Shown: in pieces, positions 44,849 to 54,543 of the stretch
Layout: every line of letters starts with the position of its first letter
Position numbering within the stretch: position 1 is the first letter of the stretch
From: an uncultured Acidimicrobiales bacterium
Lineage (GTDB): Bacteria > Actinomycetota > Acidimicrobiia > Acidimicrobiales > DATKAS01
Assembly (NCBI GenBank): GCA_963747215.1
Contig: CAVVET010000029.1
Location: 79,688-143,687, forward strand
Direction of reading: 5' to 3'
DNA: 64,000 nt
Program-made: the position numbers and the translations under genes
Notes under the pieces: model-generated
What the model saw: the letters and a program-made list of their open reading frames with translations, nothing else
Database searches by the model: none
Told to the model about the DNA's origin: nothing

Positions 44849-46014
44849 TCAGCGCAGGCAATCGCCGGTCGTCACCGGCACCGCGAGCGGACCGGAGAGC
44901 ACCGCGTTCAGCTCGTCCGTCGTGAGCGCGTAGCCCACCGACGAGCGGTCGGGTGCGACGGCGAACGCCATCCCGATCACTGCGCCATCGTCGCGGACGA
45001 CCGGAGCCCCCGAGTCACCCGGTTGCAAGCTCGTGGAGAGCACGAGCACATCGCGCACGATCGTCTCCTCGCCGTACAGGTCCTTGCCTTCGGCCTGCAC
45101 GCGAGTCGCGACCAGGAATGGCGCGGCCCGCAGGTCGCCGCCGCCCGGATGGCCGTACACCGCTCCCTGATCCCCCACGCTCGGGCTCTCCCAGCGTCAG
45201 CGGCTGCGGGGCCACCGCCGAGTCCACTCGCAACGCCGCGATGTCGCGCAGCGGGTCGAACGCAACGACGTCGGCCTCGTGCACCTCCCCGTCCTCCCCG
45301 AACAGCGAGACATCGTCTGACCCTGCAACGACGTGCGCGTTCGTGAGGACGAGGTCTCGCGTCCACGGCGAAGCCGGTGCCCTCTTGCAGCCGACCGCAT
45401 GCGGGGGCCTCCACGCGGTACGTGCCCTGGGTCGCGTGCTGGTTGACGGTCGACGAGATCAGAATCGACGTCGGCGGTGCCGGCACGTCAGGCGCGGCCT
45501 TGAGGCCGGCGAACACATCGGGAGCGTTGTCGTCGACGAGGTCACGGATCGCGTCGACCGCATCGGGCGGGGTCGGGAAGAGCTGGTCGATCGCCTGGGC
45601 GATTGCGGACGTGCGTGCTTGGCGCGCTGGCCAGTCGGGCACCTGCGCCACGGCCGGCAGCAGGAGCCACAGCGCGACGAACACGCCGAGCATCCCCGCG
45701 AACGCGCCCCCGGCGCGGTCGACGGTGCTCACCGAACCACGCGGCAGCGTGCGCCGGACGCGACTGCCGACAAACATCCCGAGCGCCTGCCCGGCGAGTC
45801 CGCCGATGACGAGGATGCTGGCCGCGGCGAGCAGGAGCCGTCCCTCGGGCGCGGCGTCGTAACCGTCGAGCATCTTGGGAACCAGCCGCGCCGCGAAGTA
45901 GAGGCCCAACCCGAGGCCGAGCCACGACACCGAGCGCGCGATGAGGCCCATCTGATAACCGGCCGCGCCCGCGAGTGCGGCGAGCAAGATCACCGCGAGG
46001 TCGAGCCAGTTCAC
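44849..46014 (-). pseudogene. CvpA-family membrane domain fused to trypsin-like serine protease (MarP/Rv3671c-like), about 2 frameshifts (about 45365 and about 45190)
   Basis: N-terminus with 4 TM helices (MNWLDLAVILLAALAGAAGY...). The protease pieces lie in three frames: ...GTGFAV | RDLVLTNAHVVAGSDDVSLFGEDGEVHEADVVAFDPLRDIAALRV | GDQGAVYGHPGGG...LQPGDSGAPVV. The His, Asp and Ser triad contexts are all visible. Confidence 0.8.
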
Positions 46015-46027
46015 AGGTGAAGGTTCG

Positions 46028-46801
46028 TCACGCGACGACGAGTCGAGCGGAGGTCAGGAAACCCGTGTGCGCGACCATGCGGTGATCGGGCCTGACCGAC
46101 TGGCCGTCGATGTGCCAGCTGCGATGCAGCACCTCGATCGTCGTCGTCTGGATGAACGGGGCGGCGGCCAACGCTTCGCGCAGCTGGACGGCTTGCAAGA
46201 TCGTCGGGGTGTACGAGACGAGGATGCCGCCGGGTGCGAGTGACCGTTCGGAGTGCTTCACGACCTGCCAGGGCTCGGGCAGGTCGAGCACGATCCGGTC
46301 GAGCCCGACTTCCTCGATTCCCTCGTAGCAATCGCGGATCTCGACTCGGTAGTGCTCGAGCGCGGCCGCACCCGCGAACGCCGCCACGTTCTGCTGGGCA
46401 CGATCGGCGAAGTCCTCGCGGAGCTCGTAGCCCACGACCTCCGCGCCCGCCCGTAGCAAGGCGAGGGAAAGGGCGCCGGAGCCGACACCGGACTCGAGCA
46501 CCCGGACGCCCGGGTAGATGTCGGCCGCGAGCAGGATCGGACCGAGGTCTTTCGGATAGATGACCTGTGCGCCCCTCGGCATCTTGAGGACGAAGTCCGC
46601 GAGCGTGGGACGCAGCGCGGTGTAGGCGAGACCCTTGGTGGCCCGGACCTTGGTGCCCTCGACGCGCCCGATCAGCTCGTCGTGGGGGATGTAGCCGCCG
46701 TGGGAATGGAACTCCCCACCGACCTTCAGCGTCACCAGGTACCGCCGGCCCCTCGGGTCGATCAGCAGCACACGATCCCCCGCCCCCAGCGGCACGCTCA
46801 C
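46028..46801 (-). CDS. trmI: tRNA (adenine58-N1)-methyltransferase TrmI (Rv2118c-like)
   Basis: GDRVLLIDPRGRRYLVTL...GAQVIYPKDLGPILLAADIYPGVRVLESGVGSGALSLALL...DRIVLDLPEPW is the GCD14/TrmI pattern. The GTG 46801 overlaps the upstream stop (GTGA). Confidence 0.85.
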   Translation of the reverse strand: MSVPLGAGDRVLLIDPRGRRYLVTLKVGGEFHSHGGYIPHDELIGRVEGTKVRATKGLAYTALRPTLADFVLKMPRGAQVIYPKDLGPILLAADIYPGVRVLESGVGSGALSLALLRAGAEVVGYELREDFADRAQQNVAAFAGAAALEHYRVEIRDCYEGIEEVGLDRIVLDLPEPWQVVKHSERSLAPGGILVSYTPTILQAVQLREALAAAPFIQTTTIEVLHRSWHIDGQSVRPDHRMVAHTGFLTSARLVVA

Positions 46802-47710
46802 CTGGCGTCCCTGGTCGCGAGATCGACGAGGCGGCAGAAGCTGCAGACCTCCGCCGAGGCGGGCGCGCCACAGCGAACGCACGGCGTCAGGGCGTCCTTC
46901 TCAGCGTCGGCTCCGGTGTCGAGGCTCGGCGCGATGCGCTCGAGGAAGCCGAAGTAGAACGCGTGCTTGGTCCCGGGCGACTGCACCTCGATGGCGTTGA
47001 GTGCGTCCTTGTATCCGAGATGGCGATTGCCAGCCGCCATCGGGCACTCCTCGACTTGGTAGTCGATGCCGCGGAGCACGCAGTACGCGGCCATCTCGCG
47101 TTCGCCGAGCCGCACGAGCGGCTTCACCTTGCGGGGGAAGCCACCGCGCGCCGGCAACACTGGCCGTTGTCGCCGCGAGGTAGTCGGTGTTCCAACGCAG
47201 CACGTTCCCGAAGAGCACGGCGGCCTCGTCGTCGAGGTTGTGGCCCGTCGCGACGACGTCGTAACCGCCCTCCTGCGCGGCGTGATCGAAGAGGTGTCTC
47301 TTCGAAAGCCCACACGCGGAGCACGGCACGCGCTTGGCGGCCTTTGCGCCGCTCGGGATGTCGTACCCGTAGTCCGCCGGCAAGTCGATCTCGACAAGCG
47401 TGGCGTCCCGTTCGCGCGCGAACGCGCGCGCGTGCGCGCCTGACTCGTCGCTGTAGCCCTCGATGCCGAGTCCGAGGTAGAGCCCGTCGGCCGTGTAGCC
47501 AAGGCGAAGAAGAACGTCCCAGAGCGCCAGCGAGTCCTTGCCGCCGGACACGGCGACCAAGACGCGGTCGCCAGGCGCCATCATCTCGAACTCGGCGATC
47601 GTCTTCGCCACTTGCTCCTCGCAGTGATGGAGGAAGTGCGGCGCGCAGAAGTTCGCGTTGTGGCGGCGGATGTCGATCACGGCTTCGCCGCGGCACACGC
47701 GACATTTCAT
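46798..47710 (-). pseudogene. ttuA: TtuA/Ncs6-type PP-loop tRNA 2-thiolation protein with two zinc fingers, frameshift near 47165
   Basis: MKCRVCRGEAVIDIRRHNANFCAPHF (ZnF1), VLVAVSGGKDSLALW (PP-loop), CSACG, GHNLDDEAA in ORF 46901-48130. The C-terminus ...KVKPLVRLGEREMAAYC...CVRCGAPASAEVCSFCRL (ZnF2) is in ORF 46798-47502. The ATG overlaps the ThiS-like stop (ATGA). Confidence 0.75.
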
Positions 47711-47907
47711 GCGGCGCCTCCCGAGATCACGGGGCGGATCTCGACCTCGTCGTGATCGTGCAGCAGTCCATCTCCTGGCACGAGCGTCCCGCCGCTGATC
47801 ACGAGCACCGACTCGCGGTTCAGGTCGAGCCGCTCGAGCAACGCGTGCACTCGCAGGGGGCCGGCCACCTCGAGCTCGCGGCGCGGGTTCCGGAGAAGCA
47901 CCTTCAC
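47707..47907 (-). CDS. ThiS/MoaD-family ubiquitin-like sulfur carrier (TtuB-like) ending ...GG-AA
   Basis: VKVLLRNPRRELEVAGPLRVHALLERLDLNRESVLVISGGTLVPGDGLLHDHDEVEIRPVISGGAA is beta-grasp sized at 66 aa. A Gly-Gly is followed by two Ala before the TGA. GTG 47907 is taken as the start. Confidence 0.65.
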   Translation of the reverse strand: MKVLLRNPRRELEVAGPLRVHALLERLDLNRESVLVISGGTLVPGDGLLHDHDEVEIRPVISGGAA

Positions 47908-47970
47908 CCCGCCATGATGACCGGTGGAGCCCGAAGGCTCCACGCACCGGCTCTCCTTGCCGTTCTTCCC

Positions 47971-48231
47971 TTACCGGCGGTCTTTCCGCCTCGGCCGCAC
48001 CAGCTCGCGTGTCGCGGTGATCGTGATGGACTCGCCGGGTTCCAGCCGCTCGATGGCAACCGTCCGCTCCTGCGGCCGGAGCTTCTGCACGGCACGAAAC
48101 ACCAGGAGGACGTACCAGAGCCCGCGCCACAGGTTGTTGCCGCCCTTGATGCCGCGGGCGTACGAGAGGACCGTGAGCCGGCGACGGGTGTAGGTCCGTA
48201 TCGGTCGGGCGGTGTCCGGCTTGCCCGCCAT
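47971..48231 (-). CDS. Hypothetical protein (86 aa, one TM helix)
   Basis: ORF with a plausible hydrophobic segment (LWRGLWYVLLVFRAV). It starts 1 nt after the upstream stop and is last in a three-gene string. No family recognised. Confidence 0.4.
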   Translation of the reverse strand: MAGKPDTARPIRTYTRRRLTVLSYARGIKGGNNLWRGLWYVLLVFRAVQKLRPQERTVAIERLEPGESITITATRELVRPRRKDRR

Positions 48232-48232
48232 C

Positions 48233-48451
48233 TCAGATGCGACGAATCTCGACGATGGTCGTCCTCGACCGTCCTTTGCGGCGCCCGACGAGGAAGGCGA
48301 CGATCACGATCGTGATCGCCACGCCGATGCCCACTCGCAGAGCGGTGGTCTCGGCGGCGTGCGCGCGCGTGCTCACGCCGCCTTGCAGCTCACGAAGCTT
48401 GGCCTCGATGTCCGCCCTGCTGATCGGCGGGGCGGTGGCGGCAGCGCTCAC
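48233..48451 (-). CDS. Small membrane-anchored hypothetical protein (72 aa)
   Basis: GTG 48451 overlaps the Holin-X stop (GTGA). VSAAATAPPISRADIEAKLRELQGG... is followed by the TM segment ALRVGIGVAITIVIVAFLV. Confidence 0.45.
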   Translation of the reverse strand: MSAAATAPPISRADIEAKLRELQGGVSTRAHAAETTALRVGIGVAITIVIVAFLVGRRKGRSRTTIVEIRRI

Positions 48452-48792
48452 TTCGGCCTCCCCTTCGACGGCTTGATGAAGCTCAAGAAGATCGCCGCGA
48501 CGATCAACGCCACGGCAAGCGTGATGGCATACGGCGCCCAGGACCAGCTCCCGGTGAACGTCGTGCCCGTCTCGGTCTGCAGCAACCGGAGCAGCCCGAG
48601 CAACAGCAGGATGCAACCCGTCGCGATGACCACCGAGCCGGCGAGCCCGAAGCCGAGGTACTTCCCGAGCCGCTGCAGCGGCCCGACCGTCTCTTGCTTG
48701 GCGTAGGCCTTCAGCAGCTCGACGAGGTCATTGACCGTGTCGGTCATGCCCTTCGACTTGCCACCGCTCGGCTTGAGATCTGTCTCGGCCAC
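48448..48792 (-). CDS. Putative actinobacterial Holin-X / holin superfamily III-like membrane protein
   Basis: ...VNDLVELLKAYAKQETVGPLQRLGKYLGFGLAGSVVIATGCILLLLGLLRLL...APYAITLAVALIVAAIFLSF shows the two-TM topology and N-terminal amphipathic segment typical of PF07332 proteins, as I recall them. Confidence 0.55.
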   Translation of the reverse strand: MAETDLKPSGGKSKGMTDTVNDLVELLKAYAKQETVGPLQRLGKYLGFGLAGSVVIATGCILLLLGLLRLLQTETGTTFTGSWSWAPYAITLAVALIVAAIFLSFIKPSKGRPK

Positions 48793-48822
48793 GCACCCTC
48801 CTCGAGGTGCAACTTCCTATCA

Positions 48823-49437
48823 TCACCCGAGGCGGTACGACAGAAGCTCGACCTGCTCAGCGAGCAACGTGCCCAGCGACGCTGCCCGATCGTCGGGCGA
48901 TGGCGCGGCGAGCAGCGTCTGCTGATCGGCGGGACCCAGAGGCGCGACAGCAGCGGCCTGATAGCCGGCGAGCACGAGATCGTCGGCCAGCTCGACGGTG
49001 GCGGCCGCCGCCGCCTCCCCGAGCTCGGCCTTCATCGCCAGCACCCGGCGAAGCGTGATCACGTTCGCGTGATGGAGGTCCTGCAACGAGTCAGACGGCG
49101 GCGCGTCCTCCCAGTCGTCGACCTCCGCGCGCGGGTAGGGAGCGTCGGGCAGCCAAGACGCGACACGGATCCGCCGCACCCCGACCGTGCCGAGAGCGAA
49201 CCGGCCACCGCCCAGATCGGCCGCCTCGATGATCCTCGCGACCGTGCCAACGTCGAAGCGCGTGTCGCCGCCACCCACTTCGCTCCCCCGCTCGATGAGC
49301 ACCACGCCGAACTCGTTGTCCCCGGCCAAGCAATCTCGAGTGAGCTGCTGGTAACGCGGCTCGAAGACGTGAAGCGGAAGGAACACCGAAGGAAACAACA
49401 CCGTGCCGAGCGGAAACATCGGCAGCGGGAGGCTCAC
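48823..49437 (-). CDS. LON substrate-binding (LonN/PUA-like) domain protein
   Basis: LPLPMFPLGTVLFPSVFLPLHVFEPRYQQLTRDCL...FGVVLI is the Lon N-terminal domain signature. The GTG overlaps the dacB stop (GTGA). Confidence 0.8.
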   Translation of the reverse strand: MSLPLPMFPLGTVLFPSVFLPLHVFEPRYQQLTRDCLAGDNEFGVVLIERGSEVGGGDTRFDVGTVARIIEAADLGGGRFALGTVGVRRIRVASWLPDAPYPRAEVDDWEDAPPSDSLQDLHHANVITLRRVLAMKAELGEAAAAATVELADDLVLAGYQAAAVAPLGPADQQTLLAAPSPDDRAASLGTLLAEQVELLSYRLG

Positions 49438-50851
49438 CCTCCGCCGGGCGCTCGGGGCCCGAGCTGCTCGAGTCCCGCCAGGTTCGGGTACTCGATGAGC
49501 GTCGTGAGAAGCGACATCCAGATCGCGAAGCCCTGATCGGACTGCGGCCCGTTCAACAGCACGGCGAAGGTCACATCGGTGCCGTCCGTTGCCTGGGCGA
49601 AGCCGGCAAGGCCGACGACACCGCTCAAGGACCCTGTCTTCGCGCGCACTTTGCCCGCGAGCACGGTGTTCGCCAGCCGCCGATCGAGCGTGCCGGTCTC
49701 ACCGGCGACGGAAAGGTCGTTCGTGAGATCTGAGTGCGGCCCCGCCCGATCGAGCACCGCGGTCAGCAGATCGCACGTCACCCGGTTTCCCCGATCCAGG
49801 CCCGAGCCGTCGATCATCGTGAAGCCGTCGATGGGCAGTCCTTCGTCGCGCAGGTGCGATGTCACTGCCTCGGCACCGGCAGCAGTCGCGCCCGCTCCGG
49901 AAGCCTCGTACCCGATCTCCTTCAGGATGAGCTCTGACGTTCCGTTGTCGCTGATGCGCAGCTCTTCGCCGACGATCGCGGGGAGCGGCGCGCTCTCGAT
50001 CGACGCGATGTCGACGGTGCCAGCGGGGGCCACGCCTGAGCCCACGCCTCCGACCGTCACCCCGCGGGCGGTCAGCAGGTCGACGAGCGTCTGCGCGCCG
50101 GATTCAGCGGGGTTCGCCGCGGCGCGAAACGAGTTGTTGCGCATGAACCCGTCGTTCACCGACGAGCGCGCTCATGGGCCCGATCTCGGGCGCTCTGATG
50201 TAGCGAGACGGCCATGAAGGCACGTACCGCTCCGCGTCATACGCGCGAGTCGTCGCCGAGCACGCGCCCAGTTATCTGAGTCACGCCCCCGGCGACGACG
50301 TTGTCGGCCAGCGTCTCGAGCGGTGTGGCGGGCTCGGGAGGGCGCCGGAAGGTGTGCACGTAGTCCTGCGTCGCCAGCAGGGGATCACCGCTTCCGACGA
50401 GCCACACGTCGCCGGTGATCACCCCTCCGACCGGCGCCGCGACCGCCCGTACCGAGGTGGTGTACGTGTGATCGGCGCCGAGCACGTCGAGCGCCGTCAT
50501 CGACGTCAGCAGCTTGATGGTCGAGGCGGGGATGAGGGGCGTGTCGCCGTTCGCGTCGACGATCTCGTCGCCGTCGATCGTCACCCTCAAGCAGCTCGAC
50601 GCACCCATCGAAGACGCAAGCGGCAGCAGCGCCTCGCGGAGGCGAGCTTGGCCGACCGGCTCGATCAGCTCGTCGACGACTCGGCGGGCCGACAGCACGG
50701 GCGTGGCGAGTCGCGACGGTGCGGACGTGGCCGATTCCGCCGCGCCGGCCGGTTCGCCCGTGGCGTCGATGACCCGGGAGAGCGCCGCCAGGCCAACGGC
50801 AGCGACGACGAGCGGCGGGAGCACGCGCACGAGCGCACGGCCGACCCTCAC
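49434..50851 (-). pseudogene. dacB: D-alanyl-D-alanine carboxypeptidase/endopeptidase (PBP4, peptidase S13), 2 frameshifts (about 50245 and about 50165)
   Basis: N-terminus with TM anchor and ...LIPASTIKLLTSMTALDVLG (SxxK) at the tail of ORF 50237-52324. The middle is YDAERYVPSWPSRYIRAPEIGPMSALV. The C-terminus is in ORF 49434-50159 (...SDNGTSELILKEIG...VRAKTGSLSGVVGLAGF, the KTG box). The GTG 50851 overlaps the upstream stop. Confidence 0.8.
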
Positions 50852-52324
50852 GACTGCCGCCGCTGTTGATGCCGCGCGTAGCGCCACATGTGTTCGAGCG
50901 CCCGCACCGCGCGCTCCGGCGCTCGGGTAGCAGTAGCGGCCGGTGGCGCGCACGGTGGCCGGCCCCGGATTGCTCGGCGCCGCGACGGCAAGCTCGCTCG
51001 CCGTCAGAATCGGCTTGCCGGTCTCGTCGGAGATCGTCGCCGCCGCCTCGGCGAACCGCGTGTCCTGCCGTTCGTGGTAGGCGACGATCCGTTCGAGCCC
51101 GTGGTCCGGGTAGAAGCGGCCCGACTTCATCAGGTGCGCCTCGTTCGACTGGATCCCGAGCCCGAGGTACACGATCGCGTCGATCGCGGGGTGCGCGGCG
51201 GTGAGCGCCAACACCTCGGGGATCGTGTCGCGGGTCTCGGCGCCCGCCATGTCGAGCGGGTTGCTGCGACTCCATCGCGGCGGAAGCTTCTCGTCGATCG
51301 CCGCCCGGAGGTCGTCGGGCAACGGCGCGAGTCGCAGATCACTCCGCGCGATCGCGTCCGCCGTGATGACACCCCAGCCTCCCGCTGTCGTCACCACCGC
51401 GGTGTTCGGGCCGCGGGGCATCGGCTGCGTCGCGAACGACGCGGCGGCATCGAAGGCCTCCTCGAACGATGCGGCGCGGGTGACACCGGCCTGGCGGCAC
51501 GCGCCGTCGAAGACCCGGTCGTCGGTCGCGAGTGCGCCCGTGTGAGAGGCGGCGGCCCGCTGGCCACCGGCTGTCGCTCCCCCTTTGACGATGACGACGG
51601 GCATCTCGCGCGCGACCCGCCGCATGCGATCGACGAACCCGCGGCCGTCCGCGACTCCTTCGACGTACGCCAGGCCAACCGCGGTCTCCGGGTCGCTGCC
51701 GTAGAACTCCAGGAAGTCCGCGACGCTCGTCATGGCCGCGTTGCCCGCCGAGACGGCCCGGCTCACGCCCACACCCGTCTGCGTTGCGAGGTTCATGAAC
51801 GCCGACACGAGGTTGCCGCTCTGGCTGGCGAGCCCGATCTTGCCGCGGGAGGGATAGGGCCCAACCATCTGGGCGCACAGGCTCGACGGCGTCGAGACGA
51901 GACCCTGGCCGTTCGGTCCCGCGACCAGGATGCCGACCTCGGCCGCGACGGCGACGAGCTCATCTTGAGCCTTCGTGCCCTCCGGTCCGGCGTCCGCGTA
52001 ACCCGCCGACGTCACGAAGGCGGCTCGGATGCCGCGCGCGGCGCATCCCTTCAACAGCTCGAGGTTCGCGCTGGCCGGTGTGCACACGACGACCAGATCA
52101 GCCACGCCGTCGGGGATGTCGGCGATCGAACGTACGGTCTCGACACCGAGCACCGTGCCGCCCTCGAGGTTCGTCGCGAAGACCGGACCGGCGAAGCCGC
52201 AGCTCAGGATGTTGTGGAGCGCGACGAAACCGAACTTCCCCGGGTGCACGCTCGCCCCCGCGACGACGACGCCACGCGGGTCGAAGAGCGCGCGGAAGTG
52301 GTCGGCGTCGACAGGCAGGGTCAA
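50848..52324 (-). pseudogene. ADP-forming acyl/acetyl-CoA synthetase, alpha (CoA-binding + ligase-CoA) subunit; frameshift near 50915
   Basis: FDPRGVVVAGASVHPGKFG...VVCTPA...GPNGQGLVS...SQSGNLVSA...AASHTGALA. Removing one G (GCCGGAG) restores ...YPSAERAVRALEHMWRYARHQQRRQS-TGA (50848-50850), in place of the read-through into dacB. Confidence 0.8.
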
Positions 52325-52977
52325 CGCTGCACCTCGACGAGCGCGTCGACTGCGATCGGGACGCCGTCGACGACGATCAACGGGTTGAGATCGACCGAGA
52401 CGATCGACGCGTCGGCCTCCGCCACGCGCGACAGACCGACGAGGACGTCGACGACGCGTCCACGGTCGACCGCCGGTTCACCACGGAACGGCCCGAGCAA
52501 GGACTGGGCCGACAGATCCTCGATCATCTCTTCGGCGTCGACCCGGTCGATGGGGACGAGACGGAACGTCACGTCGGCGATCGACTCGGCGAGGACGCCG
52601 CCGATGCCCAGCATCACAGTCATCCCGAATTGGGGATCGGAGCTGAGGCCGGCGATGAGCTCGCGGGCCCCTCGCAGCATGGGCGCAACGAGCACCTGCA
52701 CTTCGCCGTCCTCGGGGCGGGCTAGCGCGAGAAGCTCGGACGCAGCGGTCTCGACGTCCGCCGCGCTGGTGATGCCGAGGCGGACGAGGCCGCGCTCGGT
52801 CTTGTGCGCGATGGCGTCGCCACAGAGCTTCACCACCACCGGGTATCCGAGCTCGTCCGCGGCACGCGCGGCGTCAGACGCGGTCGACACGAGGTGCTCT
52901 CGTGGCACAGGGATGCCGTGAGCAGCGACGAGAGCCTTGGAGTCGGCCTCGGACAGCGTCGAGAAGGCTCCGGCCAC
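52321..52977 (-). CDS. ADP-forming acyl-CoA synthetase, beta (ATP-grasp) subunit
   Basis: LSEADSKALVAAHGIPVPRE...ELGYPVVVKL...IAHKTERGLVRLG...GMTVMLGIGGVLAE...VDLNPLIV shows the ATP-grasp_5 pattern. Confidence 0.8.
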   Translation of the reverse strand: MAGAFSTLSEADSKALVAAHGIPVPREHLVSTASDAARAADELGYPVVVKLCGDAIAHKTERGLVRLGITSAADVETAASELLALARPEDGEVQVLVAPMLRGARELIAGLSSDPQFGMTVMLGIGGVLAESIADVTFRLVPIDRVDAEEMIEDLSAQSLLGPFRGEPAVDRGRVVDVLVGLSRVAEADASIVSVDLNPLIVVDGVPIAVDALVEVQR

Positions 52978-53054
52978 GGGTGCCTACCCTACCGATGTGA
53001 CCCCATCGCCTCCGGGCAGCGCCCCGAGCAGCGCCGGCGCGCGCCACCTTCACG

Positions 53055-54533
53055 ATGATGGGAATCGTCGAAGGCTTCTACGGTCCGCCGTGGTCGTGGC
53101 GTGACCGTCTCGACGTCCTGCAATGGAGCGCGGCGCGCGGCCTCACCGACTACATGTACGCGCCGAAGGACGACGCGAAGCACCGTCGCGCGTGGCGCGA
53201 GCCGTACGACCGGGACGAGCTCGCGGGCTTCACCTCACTTGTCGACCATGCCGGGCTGCGCATCGGCTTCGCGATCTCGCCGGGGCTCTCGATCGATGAA
53301 GCCTCATCGTCGGATCGGCGGGCACTGGCGGCGAAGGTCGATCAGATCGTCGGTCTCGGCGTGACCCATGTCGGGCTCTTCCTCGACGACTTGCCCCCCG
53401 AACCGAGCCGCACACCAGCGGAGCAGGGAGCCGCCCACGCGGGTCTGGCGACCTGGCTCCGCGACCACCTCGAGGGCCGCGCGACGCTCTCGGTGTGCCC
53501 GACGGAGTACATCGGCACGCAGCCCTCTCCCTACCTCACCTCCTTCGCCCACGGGCTGCCCGCCGATGTCGCGGTCGGATGGACAGGTCTGTCCGTGGTC
53601 AACGACGAGATCACCGGGGAGGAGGCGCGCGCACGCGCTGACGCCCTCGGAGGCCGCGCGCCGCTGCTCTGGGACAACGTGCCGGTCAACGACGCGGTGA
53701 TGGCCGACCGGCTGTTCATGGGCCCGCTCCGAGGGCGTTCGCTCGAGCTGCGGATGGAGTGCTGCGGATACATGGCCAACCCGATGATGCAGCCGCGTGC
53801 GTCGATGCTGCCGCTCGCGTCGATAGCGGCGTGGTGCACCGGGGCTGATGCTTCGACCGCCTGGGAGGCGGCGGCGGACGAACTCGGCTGGCGGGCGTTC
53901 GCCGAGGCGTGCGATGGCGTCGTACCGCAGCAGCTGGTGCGCGCACTCATCGAGGAGGCCGACGGCCCCGGTTGGGTCGGCGCGGCCGACGACCTCGAGT
54001 CGTGGCTCGACGAAGCGGCCCGGTGCACTGCTCCGGGACTCGAGACCGAAGGTGCCCCGTGGCTCGAACAGGTCCACGCGGAGGCAGCGCTCGCTCAGCG
54101 CGCGCTCTCCTTGCTGCGAGCGACCCGGCCCTCGGTCGAGATCCGGTCCGACGGTTCGGCACGCGCCGTCGCGCCCGACGCCGCCCGCGTGCTCCGCCAC
54201 GCGTTCGCTGTCGCGTCCGAGTGGCCGGTCGTGCGACGCGCCGTTGCGTCGGTGTTCGGCGCCCGGTTGGGCGTGCGCCCCGCGTTGGCGCAGCACCCGA
54301 GTGGCGCGTGGCTCTGGCGCGCCGACGCGATCGAGGAGGACACCAACGCAACCGACGATCTCGTGCGCCTCGCACTGGACAGTGCCGCCCGCCTCGATGC
54401 AGGGTCACCGCTCGTCGCGTTCGTCGACGGCGTCGAGATGGGACGCGGCACGGACGTCGCGTTCCCTGCGGCCGAGGGCTGTGTCGTCCTCGCGCGATGC
54501 GGCGACGTGATGACGCGCGTGCGGGTGCCCTGA
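53055..54533 (+). CDS. GH84 family beta-N-acetylglucosaminidase (O-GlcNAcase/NagJ-like), no signal peptide
   Basis: MMGIVEGFYGPPWSWRDRL...YMYAPKDDAKHRRAWREPY...VTHVGLFLDDL (catalytic DD)...LLWDNVPVND. About 200 aa of unassigned C-terminal sequence follow. The 492-aa frame is intact. No in-frame start lies upstream of 53055. Confidence 0.75.
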   Translation: MMGIVEGFYGPPWSWRDRLDVLQWSAARGLTDYMYAPKDDAKHRRAWREPYDRDELAGFTSLVDHAGLRIGFAISPGLSIDEASSSDRRALAAKVDQIVGLGVTHVGLFLDDLPPEPSRTPAEQGAAHAGLATWLRDHLEGRATLSVCPTEYIGTQPSPYLTSFAHGLPADVAVGWTGLSVVNDEITGEEARARADALGGRAPLLWDNVPVNDAVMADRLFMGPLRGRSLELRMECCGYMANPMMQPRASMLPLASIAAWCTGADASTAWEAAADELGWRAFAEACDGVVPQQLVRALIEEADGPGWVGAADDLESWLDEAARCTAPGLETEGAPWLEQVHAEAALAQRALSLLRATRPSVEIRSDGSARAVAPDAARVLRHAFAVASEWPVVRRAVASVFGARLGVRPALAQHPSGAWLWRADAIEEDTNATDDLVRLALDSAARLDAGSPLVAFVDGVEMGRGTDVAFPAAEGCVVLARCGDVMTRVRVP

Positions 54534-54543
54534 GCTCGTCCGG

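Noticed and set aside
50888-52921. 677-aa ORF antisense to the ADP-forming acyl-CoA synthetase genes
   Set aside because: Same reasoning: Arg-rich nonsense opposite well-supported genes.
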